A stretch of 64,000 bases of DNA from Christensenellaceae bacterium (GTDB lineage Bacteria > Bacillota > Clostridia > Christensenellales > DTU072): NCBI GenBank assembly GCA_031259965.1, contig JAIRKT010000049.1, positions 1,991 to 65,990 of the forward strand. Direction: 5' to 3'. Position numbers and translations under genes: made by a program. This document shows, piece by piece, positions 52,221 to 61,476 of this stretch (position 1 is the stretch's first letter; each line of letters begins with the position of its first letter). The notes under the pieces were generated by a model. The model worked only from the letters and a program-made list of their open reading frames with translations, was not told the DNA's origin and searched no databases.

Positions 52221-53693
52221 TTACAACAGAATGCATAACACTCCACCTCTGCTTTCATTGATAACGCGTGTCATTGTCTTTTTAATTTTCCGCCTAACAT
52301 CCATAGGCATACCATTAATTTTAGATGAAATGTCATCTTTTACAAGATCACTTAATGATTTTCCAAATAAGTTTGCATTCCAAATATCGGATTTGTTATT
52401 TTCAAACTCATTTTTCATATGTCTAACCAAATCTTCAGATTGTTGCACACTCCCTATTGTAGGACTTATTTCGGATTCAACATCAACTCTTACTATATGC
52501 ATAGATGGAGCATTAGCTCTTAGCTTTACACCATATTGATCTCCTTTTTTTACTAGTTCTGGCGCTACTAATTCCAACTGATCCATCGATGGTATAACAA
52601 TCCCATAGCCATTCAATTCAGCTTCTTCTAGCGCTTCGCGTAATTTCTCAAATGAATTGTATCCTTTATTTGTTTTTATTAAATGGGTCATAAGTGTTTG
52701 TTCGTCTGTAATACTAATTCCACATTCCTGCGATAACACACGATAAAAAGCTCCTTCTTTTGCTCTGAAATTCATCCTTATCTTTCCAGTGCCTGCATCA
52801 GCTTCTATGTCTGGATTGTTTTCTAATACATTAGAATTTTCGAAGGCTTTGCATATATTATCATAATCCTTCATTCTAACAACAGTTGAATTTGAATTTC
52901 GTATTGCATCCAATATGTCAACTATTACCTCATTTTCTTTTGCTAAAGTTTTCATCCACTTAGGCAGGTTTATTGAAATTGTATTTATTGGAAATTCCAT
53001 TAGTACTCTGTTCAGCAAAGTTGCAAAATCATCAGTATTTCCATTTGCAATATCTAATGGTATTACAGATGTATCATATCTAACACTTAAATTTTTCGCA
53101 AGATTCTGCGTTTCTTTTGTTTTACTATTAATAGAATTTAAGACCACAACAAAAGGCTTTCCTATGGCTTTTAACTCCTTAATTACACTAACCTCTGCAA
53201 GATCATATTTTTCACGTGCAATTCCAGTTATACTGTCATCCGCAATAATAGCAACCGCTATTGTGCAATGATCTCGTATAACTTTATTCGTGCCAATTAT
53301 AGCTGCCTCTTGAAAAGGAATTTCGCTATCATTCCAAGGTGTTCTTACCATTCTTGGTTTTTCACCCTCTAAATGCCCAGCTGCACCTTCTACAACATAA
53401 CCTACACAATCTATGAGTCTCACATTTATTGTAGCTTTGTCTAGATTTATCTTGACTGCCTCAGCTGGGACAAATTTGGGTTCTGTTGTCATAATTGTTC
53501 TGCCATCTGCGGATTGTGGCAACTCGTCTATAGTTCTAGCGCGCTTTATTTCATCTTCAATTTTATCAATAACAAGCGCTTCCATAAACTTCTTTATAAA
53601 TGTCGATTTGCCAGTTCTAACGGGGCCTACTACTCCAATATAGACATCTCCAGCTGTCCTTTTAGCTATGTCCATATATATGTTTTTATGCAT
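52221..53693 (-). CDS. spoIVA: Stage IV sporulation protein A
   Basis: GVVGPVRTGKSTFIK, DELPQS, TTEPKFVP, DCVGY, C-terminal GGVLCILL; SD GGAGGT before ATG 53693. Confidence 0.96.
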   Translation of the reverse strand: MHKNIYMDIAKRTAGDVYIGVVGPVRTGKSTFIKKFMEALVIDKIEDEIKRARTIDELPQSADGRTIMTTEPKFVPAEAVKINLDKATINVRLIDCVGYVVEGAAGHLEGEKPRMVRTPWNDSEIPFQEAAIIGTNKVIRDHCTIAVAIIADDSITGIAREKYDLAEVSVIKELKAIGKPFVVVLNSINSKTKETQNLAKNLSVRYDTSVIPLDIANGNTDDFATLLNRVLMEFPINTISINLPKWMKTLAKENEVIVDILDAIRNSNSTVVRMKDYDNICKAFENSNVLENNPDIEADAGTGKIRMNFRAKEGAFYRVLSQECGISITDEQTLMTHLIKTNKGYNSFEKLREALEEAELNGYGIVIPSMDQLELVAPELVKKGDQYGVKLRANAPSMHIVRVDVESEISPTIGSVQQSEDLVRHMKNEFENNKSDIWNANLFGKSLSDLVKDDISSKINGMPMDVRRKIKKTMTRVINESRGGVLCILL

Positions 53694-53719
53694 CGCTACC
53701 TCCATAGCATGATTTCTTA

Positions 53720-53748
53720 AATATATGCTTATAGTAACACTTTTATAC
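53720..53748 (-). promoter_or_regulatory. sigmaE-like promoter of spoIVA
   Basis: gtATA-16 nt-CATATATT; spoIVA is sigmaE-dependent in characterised spore formers. Confidence 0.65.
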
Positions 53749-54402
53749 ATTAATATTTGATTTCAATTATTGCATATGTCCAGAATCCAAATATTTCTAA
53801 GAGTGAATAAATTTGTTTTTCGGTTACTGATTGCATTTAAAACCTCTTGTTTGTTTTTAAATACTGATGGAGACAGGCCTTTATATTTGCCTTAAATGAA
53901 ATTTTATATATGGTCTTTTTGTGGTTAAATACTTCCTTTCTAGGCATGCCTTCATTGGCTTGTTTTTTCAATGTGCAACAATATTGTTCTCATATTTGTT
54001 TCAGAAACAAATGTTCTAAAAAATTTCATCTAAATCATCATTAAAACATTGACATCTCTACTACTAAGTAATATCGATGATAAATTATACAAAGGATACA
54101 ATACATGAAATACACACGAAAGGTATATCATCGTCTGGACGTTGACAACAAAGAGGTAAATAAGCAACCATACAAATACCTATTTGCGAGTAATTCGTCG
54201 TAGATGCGGTCTATATGATAGACTTTATAATTCATGAGGGCTGCAAGGTTGAGTTTGTAAGCTGCGAGGAGAAAGCGATCATCCAGTTGGATGAGAATAT
54301 GGTGAAAAATCCAGTGCATTCACCTAAGAGGACATTCAATCGAGACATAATGAGGTAAAGTCCTTAAGACGCAACACAAGAAACAGCAACGGAGGAAAAA
54401 TA

Positions 54403-54950
54403 ATGCTACTAAATACGAGAGAACATTTTGAGGCTTTGGGTTAAATCAAAGCGCAGATTATGGACGTACAGTGCCGCGCTATACTTAGTGTGAATAGGGA
54501 ACAGATTTTGTTTTTTTGGAATATCGGCAATGTAATAATCAAGAGCAAAAGCACAGGGAACGCTTCCGTGGAAAACCTCGTTTTTAATACTAAATCGGAG
54601 TTTCCATAAGTAAAAGAATTTTAGGTGTGCAACTTGAGCATATGTGAGGTTTTCACGATATGGCAAATCTGCAAGTGCCACTTGCAGATTTGATGTTACA
54701 CCACATAATAACGCTTTTAAACAAAGTTGCAGACAACACCGCATGCAGGTGATACGCCCATACGACAATAGAAATCGGGTGGTCAAGGGATATTTTAGTG
54801 TCCAAATAGTCCAAAACTTTTTTAAAGGCAAGTAATCGAAGCAAAGACAACTAACCATGAAAGACTTTTGCCATCGTCACTGAGCAAGCTTACGAGGGAT
54901 ACTTTGAAAACCTCTACGTTTTCAATTTCATAGAATTTCGCGACGATACA
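54403..54950 (+). pseudogene. Decayed DUF1016/YhcG (PD-(D/E)XK nuclease) gene
   Basis: SD GGAGG then MLLNTREHFEALG*IKAQI..RAILSVNREQILFFWNIG..QVPLA..HIITLL..GWSRDIL..LYVFNFI, with several stops and frameshifts. Confidence 0.8.
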
Positions 54951-55256
54951 ACCTTAACTCACAACTTTTCCCACACACAGCATTTTTTTAGTTCTAAATA
55001 ATTCAACAAATTAATAAGATTTGGAAATTCCTTATTTAAGAGAGCGGAAGTTTTATTAAAAAAATTTGATTTGTCGAGTTTAGTTTTTATTAAACTGCAA
55101 AGGATAGGTCGTACGCCTTTGCTTGCATTCTGCATTGTTTGCTTTCTTCCATGTTACAACAATATGCACAATATTTTCATTTAAAATTTATATTAAGTTA
55201 ATAATAAAATACTATACTAGTTTTTGAAAATCTAGATAATTCTGACAGAGGTATTC

Positions 55257-57674
55257 ATGCTCAGATTAAAAAACATAGTCAAAAACTATAACGTCGGTGA
55301 TGATATAGTTGTAAAAGCTCTTAAAGATGTAACATTGGATTTTAGAAAGGCAGAATTTGTGTCTATCCTGGGTCCATCTGGTTGTGGAAAAACTACACTT
55401 ATGAATATTATAGGTGGACTTGACAGAGCTACCTCTGGTGAAATAACTGTGAATCATAGAAGCACAAAGTCGTTTGATGATAGTGATTGGGATAACTACA
55501 GAAATAAGCAAATAGGTTTCATATTTCAGAACTACTATTTAATTCCCCATTTATCTATTTTAGCAAATGTAGAGTTGTCTTTAACGCTAGCCGGCATTTC
55601 CAAAACAGAGCGTACAGCACGCGCTATGGAAGCCCTTAAAAGCGTTGATCTGGAGGATCAAGTAAATAAGCGTCCCAATCAATTATCTGGCGGACAAATG
55701 CAAAGAGTTGCTATAGCAAGGGCTCTTATAAATAACCCTGAAATTCTTTTAGCAGATGAACCCACAGGCGCGCTTGACACAACCACTAGTTTTGCTATAA
55801 TGGAACTTATTAAAAAAATATCTAGTGAACGTCTTGTTATTATGGTCACTCATAACAAAGAGTTGTCTGAAAATTATTCAACACGGATAATAAAAATGAT
55901 CGATGGTAAAATTACAGATGATAGCAATCCATATAATCAAATGGAAGATATTAAACATTTAGATACTATCGAACAAGCAAGGGCTACAGATGATATTTCT
56001 ACAGTTGCAAAACGCGAGCTTAAAAAAGAACGTAAAAAATCTTCGATGTCTTTTTTAACGGCCCTCACATTAAGTTTTAAAAATTTGTTAACTAAAAAAG
56101 GACGAACACTAGTAACATCTATAGCGGGTTCCATCGGCATTATAGGTGTTTCATTAATTTTAGCTCTTTCACAGGGCATGAATAACTATATCTCTAAAAT
56201 GCAGTCTGACATGATGTCCTCATATCCTATTCAAATAAATACAACTGCTCTTGATATATCACAATTAATGTCCAATGCGGGGAGTAATTCAAACTCTCGA
56301 ACTAAATTTCCTGATTTGACAATCCAGAAATTATTCCCAGCATTTCAGCAATCACGAACTACAAAAAACAACATTACTCAGGATTATATCGATTATTTAA
56401 AAAACCCATCTGTTCTTAGTCCATCTCTATACAATGACATTATTTTTAAAACAGGCATGACCAAACGCATTTTTGGTGTTTTACATGGTTCAAGTTCATA
56501 TGTTCAAATAGAAAGACCTGATAGTTCTTTTACACAAATGATTAATTTAGACTTCTTGAAAACACAATACGATGTCATTTCACAAGAAGGCACCATGCCA
56601 AGCAATATCAATGAAGTTGCGCTCGTTATAGATGAGTATAATTCTTTAACTGAGGCACTCCTATATAATCTAGGCCTTGGACCTTTACCAACACCTGGTG
56701 CAACTGAACCCACTATTTCAGAAATCCCTTTCTCGGAAATTCTCGGACACGAATACAAAGTGCTCACAAATAACGATTATTATGGTAAAACAGACAAAAA
56801 TCTGTTTCTTAATAAAACAATAACAGAAATTGATTTTGATAGTGAAAACATCATAACATTGAAAATAGTCGGAATTCTTAGAGTAAATAAAAGCACTGAT
56901 ACAGGTGTATTAAATGGTGGCATCGTTTATTTCCCAGGTCTAGATGAACATATTCAGTCAATAAACAAAGCATCAGAGATTGTTGCCTGGATGAATGATC
57001 CTGAAAATTATTTAAAAAACCCATACTCTGGAAGTGTTTATACAGAAAAACCTGCAAACACAGCAGTAGAACAATGGGAAACTGAATTACGGGGCCTTGG
57101 TGGGATTTCACTACCAAATTCGATTCAAATATATCCTAAAAATTTTGAATCTAAAAATCAAATTAAAACCATCTTAGATAACTATAACATAGGTAAGGCA
57201 ACTGAAGATGTTATTCAGTATAATGATTTATCAGAGATGATTATATCTGTTATGGAGCAATTGGTAAACATCATAACCTATGTTTTAATAGGGCTCACAG
57301 CAATTTCATTAGTAGTTTCTAGTGTAATGATATCTATTATTACGTATGTCTCTGTCATTGAAAGAACTAAAGAAATTGGGATTTTACGCAGCATTGGTGC
57401 TCGCAAAAGAGATATCACTCGAGTATTTATAGCAGAAACGTTCATCATAGGCTTTGCATCTGGCACTATAGGTGTAATTATCGCTTATATGTTATCTTTA
57501 CCTATAAACATTATAATTAATTCTTTAACTGGAATAACCAGCATTGCTGCATTAAGTCCAATCACAGCTATCTTGATGATATGTGTTAGCATCGCACTAA
57601 TGGTGTTAGCTGGATTCCTCCCTGCAATATTTGCGTCAAAGAAGGATCCTGTAGCTGCTTTGAGAACAGAATAA
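55257..57674 (+). CDS. MacB-like ABC transporter, fused ATPase and FtsX permease
   Basis: GPSGCGKT, LSGGQ, ADEPTG, VTH; ERTKEIGILRSIGA, DPVAALR. Confidence 0.93.
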   Translation: MLRLKNIVKNYNVGDDIVVKALKDVTLDFRKAEFVSILGPSGCGKTTLMNIIGGLDRATSGEITVNHRSTKSFDDSDWDNYRNKQIGFIFQNYYLIPHLSILANVELSLTLAGISKTERTARAMEALKSVDLEDQVNKRPNQLSGGQMQRVAIARALINNPEILLADEPTGALDTTTSFAIMELIKKISSERLVIMVTHNKELSENYSTRIIKMIDGKITDDSNPYNQMEDIKHLDTIEQARATDDISTVAKRELKKERKKSSMSFLTALTLSFKNLLTKKGRTLVTSIAGSIGIIGVSLILALSQGMNNYISKMQSDMMSSYPIQINTTALDISQLMSNAGSNSNSRTKFPDLTIQKLFPAFQQSRTTKNNITQDYIDYLKNPSVLSPSLYNDIIFKTGMTKRIFGVLHGSSSYVQIERPDSSFTQMINLDFLKTQYDVISQEGTMPSNINEVALVIDEYNSLTEALLYNLGLGPLPTPGATEPTISEIPFSEILGHEYKVLTNNDYYGKTDKNLFLNKTITEIDFDSENIITLKIVGILRVNKSTDTGVLNGGIVYFPGLDEHIQSINKASEIVAWMNDPENYLKNPYSGSVYTEKPANTAVEQWETELRGLGGISLPNSIQIYPKNFESKNQIKTILDNYNIGKATEDVIQYNDLSEMIISVMEQLVNIITYVLIGLTAISLVVSSVMISIITYVSVIERTKEIGILRSIGARKRDITRVFIAETFIIGFASGTIGVIIAYMLSLPINIIINSLTGITSIAALSPITAILMICVSIALMVLAGFLPAIFASKKDPVAALRTE

Positions 57675-57729
57675 TTGGACTTTTAATACAACACCAACAA
57701 TTAACAAAAACAATTGAAGCCATTCCAGA

Positions 57730-58425
57730 AAGTAATGGTCTACTGTGCAAATTAACAAAGCAAATTACAAACACAGATTCGTTACTTGTGCAGAAACAAT
57801 GACAACACATCACTTATATGAAGATGATGAATTGCGGCAGATTTTTGTTAAGACAAGCCATGAAAATCCCATAATAACGAATGATAAAACAAGAAAGGCA
57901 GAGGATATCATAAGAAAACACTCTCTCCACTGGATGCAGAAAATAAGATATCCGAGCAAATCAACTTTTTTCACATGAACAGAAACTGTTCAGATATAGA
58001 TATAAAGATAGATTTTGATCTTGCAATGACATGTCTAGCAAACAATTTATATAGTTTGCCTGCTATAAAATTAAGAGGCCATGAGAAAAACAGCCCGCAT
58101 AATATATACGACAATTTTATTGCAGGAAATGGATGCGCAGAAATTAAGGAAGATTTTATAGAGGTAGCTTTCAACAAAGAAGAAGGCTTCCAATATTGTT
58201 TTCAAACTTTTCTCTGATAATATCTTACAGAATATTAAACAAATTACATAAAAAAACCTAAGGGCAAAATATTCTTTGGAAGATGTTATAAAGACATTAA
58301 GCAAAATTAAGAAGACCCAGTTAGGAAATAAATGGATGGTGGGCGAATTAATTAAAAGCACAAAAAAATTGTGTGAATCGCTTGATTTTTCAATATTTTG
58401 AGATTTGCCTATTTCCTAACTATTA
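57730..58425 (+). mobile_element. Frameshifted C-terminal fragments of DDE transposases (probably two elements)
   Basis: IITND..EDIIRK..W / FF.HMNR..IKIDFDLAM..ANNLY; then KYSLEDVIKTLSKIKK..W...ELIKSTKKL. Confidence 0.6.
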
Positions 58426-58427
58426 AA

Positions 58428-58527
58428 AGTTACAGATTTAAATGAGACCTGCTAAGATGCCGCACCGCAGACGATTATGGCCTTTCTTGAATCGACCTCC
58501 TTTGAAGACACTATCAGAGGCATGTAG
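58428..58527 (+). pseudogene. ADP-ribosylglycohydrolase gene fragment
   Basis: YRF/NETC*DAAPQTIMAFLESTSFEDTIR resembles the ARH motif NETCQxxVPQAIxAFLESxxFEDAIR. Confidence 0.65.
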
Positions 58528-58528
58528 A

Positions 58529-58618
58529 CTCTATAATGAAAAACAACCGAACAAACGAATCAAACTAAACGAGCAATTAAAGCAGTTAAAAGCCAAAAAG
58601 GAGAATTTACATGGATAA
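58529..58618 (+). pseudogene. C-terminal remnant of a DUF4391-like gene
   Basis: LYNEKQPNKRIKLNEQLKQLK, with its stop overlapping the mod start (usual position upstream of type III mod). Confidence 0.55.
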
Positions 58619-60566
58619 GTTGAAAATGCAAACGCCAAACAATGCAACGGCAAACGTAGCACGAATCGCGGAATTATTTCCTAACTGCGTGACGGAGGCG
58701 GTTATAAACGACAAACAGACAGCAGTTGTTGATTTTGATTTGCTTCGACAAGAGTTAAGCGATTTTGTAGTTGAGGGAGCGGACGAGCGGTATCAGTTTA
58801 CATGGGCGGACAAGCGTAAAAGTATTTTGCTAGCAAATAGCCCGATAAGTAAAACACTACGACCGAGCCGCGAGGAAAGTGTAAATTTTGACACGACCAA
58901 AAACTTATACATTGATGGTGACAACTTAGACGTTTTAAAATTATTGCAAGAAACGTACATAGGCAAAGTTAAGGTAATTTATATTGACCCGCCGTACAAC
59001 ACGGGTAGTGATTTTGTATACGAGGACGATTTTTCTATAAGCACGGCGGAATATTTAGCGCGGAGCGGCATCGAGGATGAGTATGGAAACCGTCTTTTTC
59101 AAAACAATGACAGCAACGGACGCTTTCATACGGACTGGCTAAACATGATATACCCGCGTTTAAAGTTGGCGCGTGATTTGTTGACCGATGACGGTGTAAT
59201 TTTTATAAGCATAGATGATAACGAACAGTCAAATTTAAAAAAGGTTTGTGACGAAATATTTGGTGCAGGAAATTTTATTGCAGAATTCCCTCGTGTCACG
59301 AAACGTGGAGGAAAGTCAACTGAAACATACGCAAAAAACCACGATTACATTTTAGCATACGCAAAAAGTTTTGTGAACGTTTGCATTGAGGGCATAACTC
59401 ATTGCGATGACGGATTTAAATTCAAGGACGAATTTTACGAAAAACGAGGAGCATACAAACTTAATCAAACCCTAGATTACAACACTTTGCAATACAATAG
59501 AACCATGGACTACCCTCTTCAAATTGGTGGCAAAATTTATGTTCCGGGTGGCGATATAGAAACACAAAAACAACGCCATAATGGTAAGCACGGACAACAC
59601 GATTGGGTATGGAGATGGTCTAAAAGTTTATTTGATTTCGGTTACAAAAACGGATGGATTGAAATAAGTAAAACAGGGCGAATATATACAAAAACATATT
59701 TAAACGCTCAAATCGTAAAAAACGCAAAAGGCGAATATTACATTGAATATAAGGAACGGACAAAAGCTGTTTCGACTTTAGAATTTACAGAAAATTCCTA
59801 CTCAAACGATAATTCGAACAAAGAGATAACTGGACTAATGGGTTCTACCATGTTCGATTACGTTAAACCTACGGCGTTAGTAAAAATGTTATTACAAACT
59901 TGTGCTGGCAAGGAGGGGATCATACTCGATTTTTTCAGTGGTTCTGCCACTACTGCACACGCAGTTATGCAGAAAAACGCAGAGGATGGCGGGACGCGCA
60001 AATATATACTAGTACAATTGCCCGAAATAATAGCGGAAAACAGTGAAGCACGGAAGGCAGGCTTCAAAAATATTTGCGAAATCGGTAGGGAACGTATTAG
60101 GCGAGCGGGCGCAAAAATAGCAAGTGAAAACAGAATAACAGCACCAAATTTAGATATAGGGTTCCGCGTTCTGAAACTTGACACAAGCAACATGAAACCT
60201 GTTTACTATAACCCCGAAAACTCCGAATTTACGCAATCGTTCCTTTCGACGCTTGAAAGCAACATAAAGGAGGATAGAACACCGGAGGATTTGCTGTTTC
60301 AAGTGATGCTCGATATGGGCGTGGACTTATCAAAACCAATAACAATTGAAACTATCGCAGGCAAAAAAGTTTTCACGGTTGGCGGCGACAATTTGATTTG
60401 TTGTTTTGATGATAACGTTAACAAAGAAACGGTAACGGCAATCGCCAAATACAAGCCGTTATTCGCAGTCTTTCGCGACGGCAGTTTTAAAGACGATAGC
60501 ACGATGGTCAGCTTCGATCAAATATTCGCAACATATAGCCCGACAACTGAACGGAGGGTTATATAA
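58611..60566 (+). CDS. mod: Type III restriction-modification methyltransferase (Mod)
   Basis: GDNLDVLKLL, IYIDPPYNTG, H.DWLNM.YPRL, DFFSGSATTAHA. Confidence 0.93.
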   Translation: MDKLKMQTPNNATANVARIAELFPNCVTEAVINDKQTAVVDFDLLRQELSDFVVEGADERYQFTWADKRKSILLANSPISKTLRPSREESVNFDTTKNLYIDGDNLDVLKLLQETYIGKVKVIYIDPPYNTGSDFVYEDDFSISTAEYLARSGIEDEYGNRLFQNNDSNGRFHTDWLNMIYPRLKLARDLLTDDGVIFISIDDNEQSNLKKVCDEIFGAGNFIAEFPRVTKRGGKSTETYAKNHDYILAYAKSFVNVCIEGITHCDDGFKFKDEFYEKRGAYKLNQTLDYNTLQYNRTMDYPLQIGGKIYVPGGDIETQKQRHNGKHGQHDWVWRWSKSLFDFGYKNGWIEISKTGRIYTKTYLNAQIVKNAKGEYYIEYKERTKAVSTLEFTENSYSNDNSNKEITGLMGSTMFDYVKPTALVKMLLQTCAGKEGIILDFFSGSATTAHAVMQKNAEDGGTRKYILVQLPEIIAENSEARKAGFKNICEIGRERIRRAGAKIASENRITAPNLDIGFRVLKLDTSNMKPVYYNPENSEFTQSFLSTLESNIKEDRTPEDLLFQVMLDMGVDLSKPITIETIAGKKVFTVGGDNLICCFDDNVNKETVTAIAKYKPLFAVFRDGSFKDDSTMVSFDQIFATYSPTTERRVI

Positions 60567-61474
60567 TGTTGACGAAAATTTTAATGCACTTTTTTGCCGA
60601 TAAAGAGGTTCGTTCCATTTGGGACAGCGAGAAAAATATATGGTGGTTTGCTGTCCCCGATATTATAGATATTATAAGCGAAAGTACGAATCACGCGAGA
60701 TACTGGCGTGTGTTTAAAAGCCGTTTAAGAAAAGCGGGAAGTGAAACCGTTACAAATTGTAACGCTTTGAAATTATGCGCCGCCTACGGCAAAATGCATT
60801 TAACGGACACACTCGACGACAAGGGTATTATTGCGCTTGCAAAAGAGTTCCCCGGCAAAAAGGCGAACCACTTTATCGAGTGGTTTACTTGCGGCGATGA
60901 CACAATCGACGTCAAGAGTAAGCAAAAGGCTTACGCGCTGTTCGAAATTTCTATTTTGGGCAGCATAGAATTCGGCCCAACAAACGGCTTAAAACAAATT
61001 CACGCTCACATATTCGTGGGGCTTTGCAATTTTGCGGACAAGATACGCGATGCGAACATAAGCAAGGGCGGCTTTACGTTCGTGCCCGTGCGGATTTTAG
61101 CAGACAACTTAAAAAAAACCGAAACGATACTGGAGGCGACATTCGAGCAACTTCTTGATAAATACGTCGAAATGAACGTGGTTCACACGTTCCGCGAGGT
61201 CAACGGCAGAAGCATGCGGATATGGCTCGATTTAATCTTGAAAAAGAACCTAAAAAAGTGCGTAGATTGGAGCATGATAGGCAGGAAAGAATACTTAGCC
61301 TCCATGCAAAAAAGCGTAAGCAATTCCACCGATATAAAGGCCCTAATACTGCCCTCATTATCGGATAAAATAAACGACCGTGAAGCCTTTATGAAAGGAG
61401 TCGACTATTCTTACTATTACGAGGAAGCGGACAACATGGATCTGACTTGCGAGCAGTTGTCGGAGGAGGAGTAG
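60566..61474 (+). CDS. BRO-N-like plus Fic domain protein, Fic motif altered
   Basis: VRSIWD..WWFAV.DII..YW..K.RL; HTFREVNGRSMR versus canonical HPFREGNGR. Confidence 0.8.
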   Translation: MLTKILMHFFADKEVRSIWDSEKNIWWFAVPDIIDIISESTNHARYWRVFKSRLRKAGSETVTNCNALKLCAAYGKMHLTDTLDDKGIIALAKEFPGKKANHFIEWFTCGDDTIDVKSKQKAYALFEISILGSIEFGPTNGLKQIHAHIFVGLCNFADKIRDANISKGGFTFVPVRILADNLKKTETILEATFEQLLDKYVEMNVVHTFREVNGRSMRIWLDLILKKNLKKCVDWSMIGRKEYLASMQKSVSNSTDIKALILPSLSDKINDREAFMKGVDYSYYYEEADNMDLTCEQLSEEE

Positions 61475-61476
61475 TA

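Noticed and set aside
54100-54960. Large ncRNA in the GC-richer gap after spoIVA
   Set aside because: Explained by a DUF1016 pseudogene on the + strand.
58611-60566. Phase-variable mod (phasevarion)
   Set aside because: No simple sequence repeat tract is visible in or upstream of the gene.
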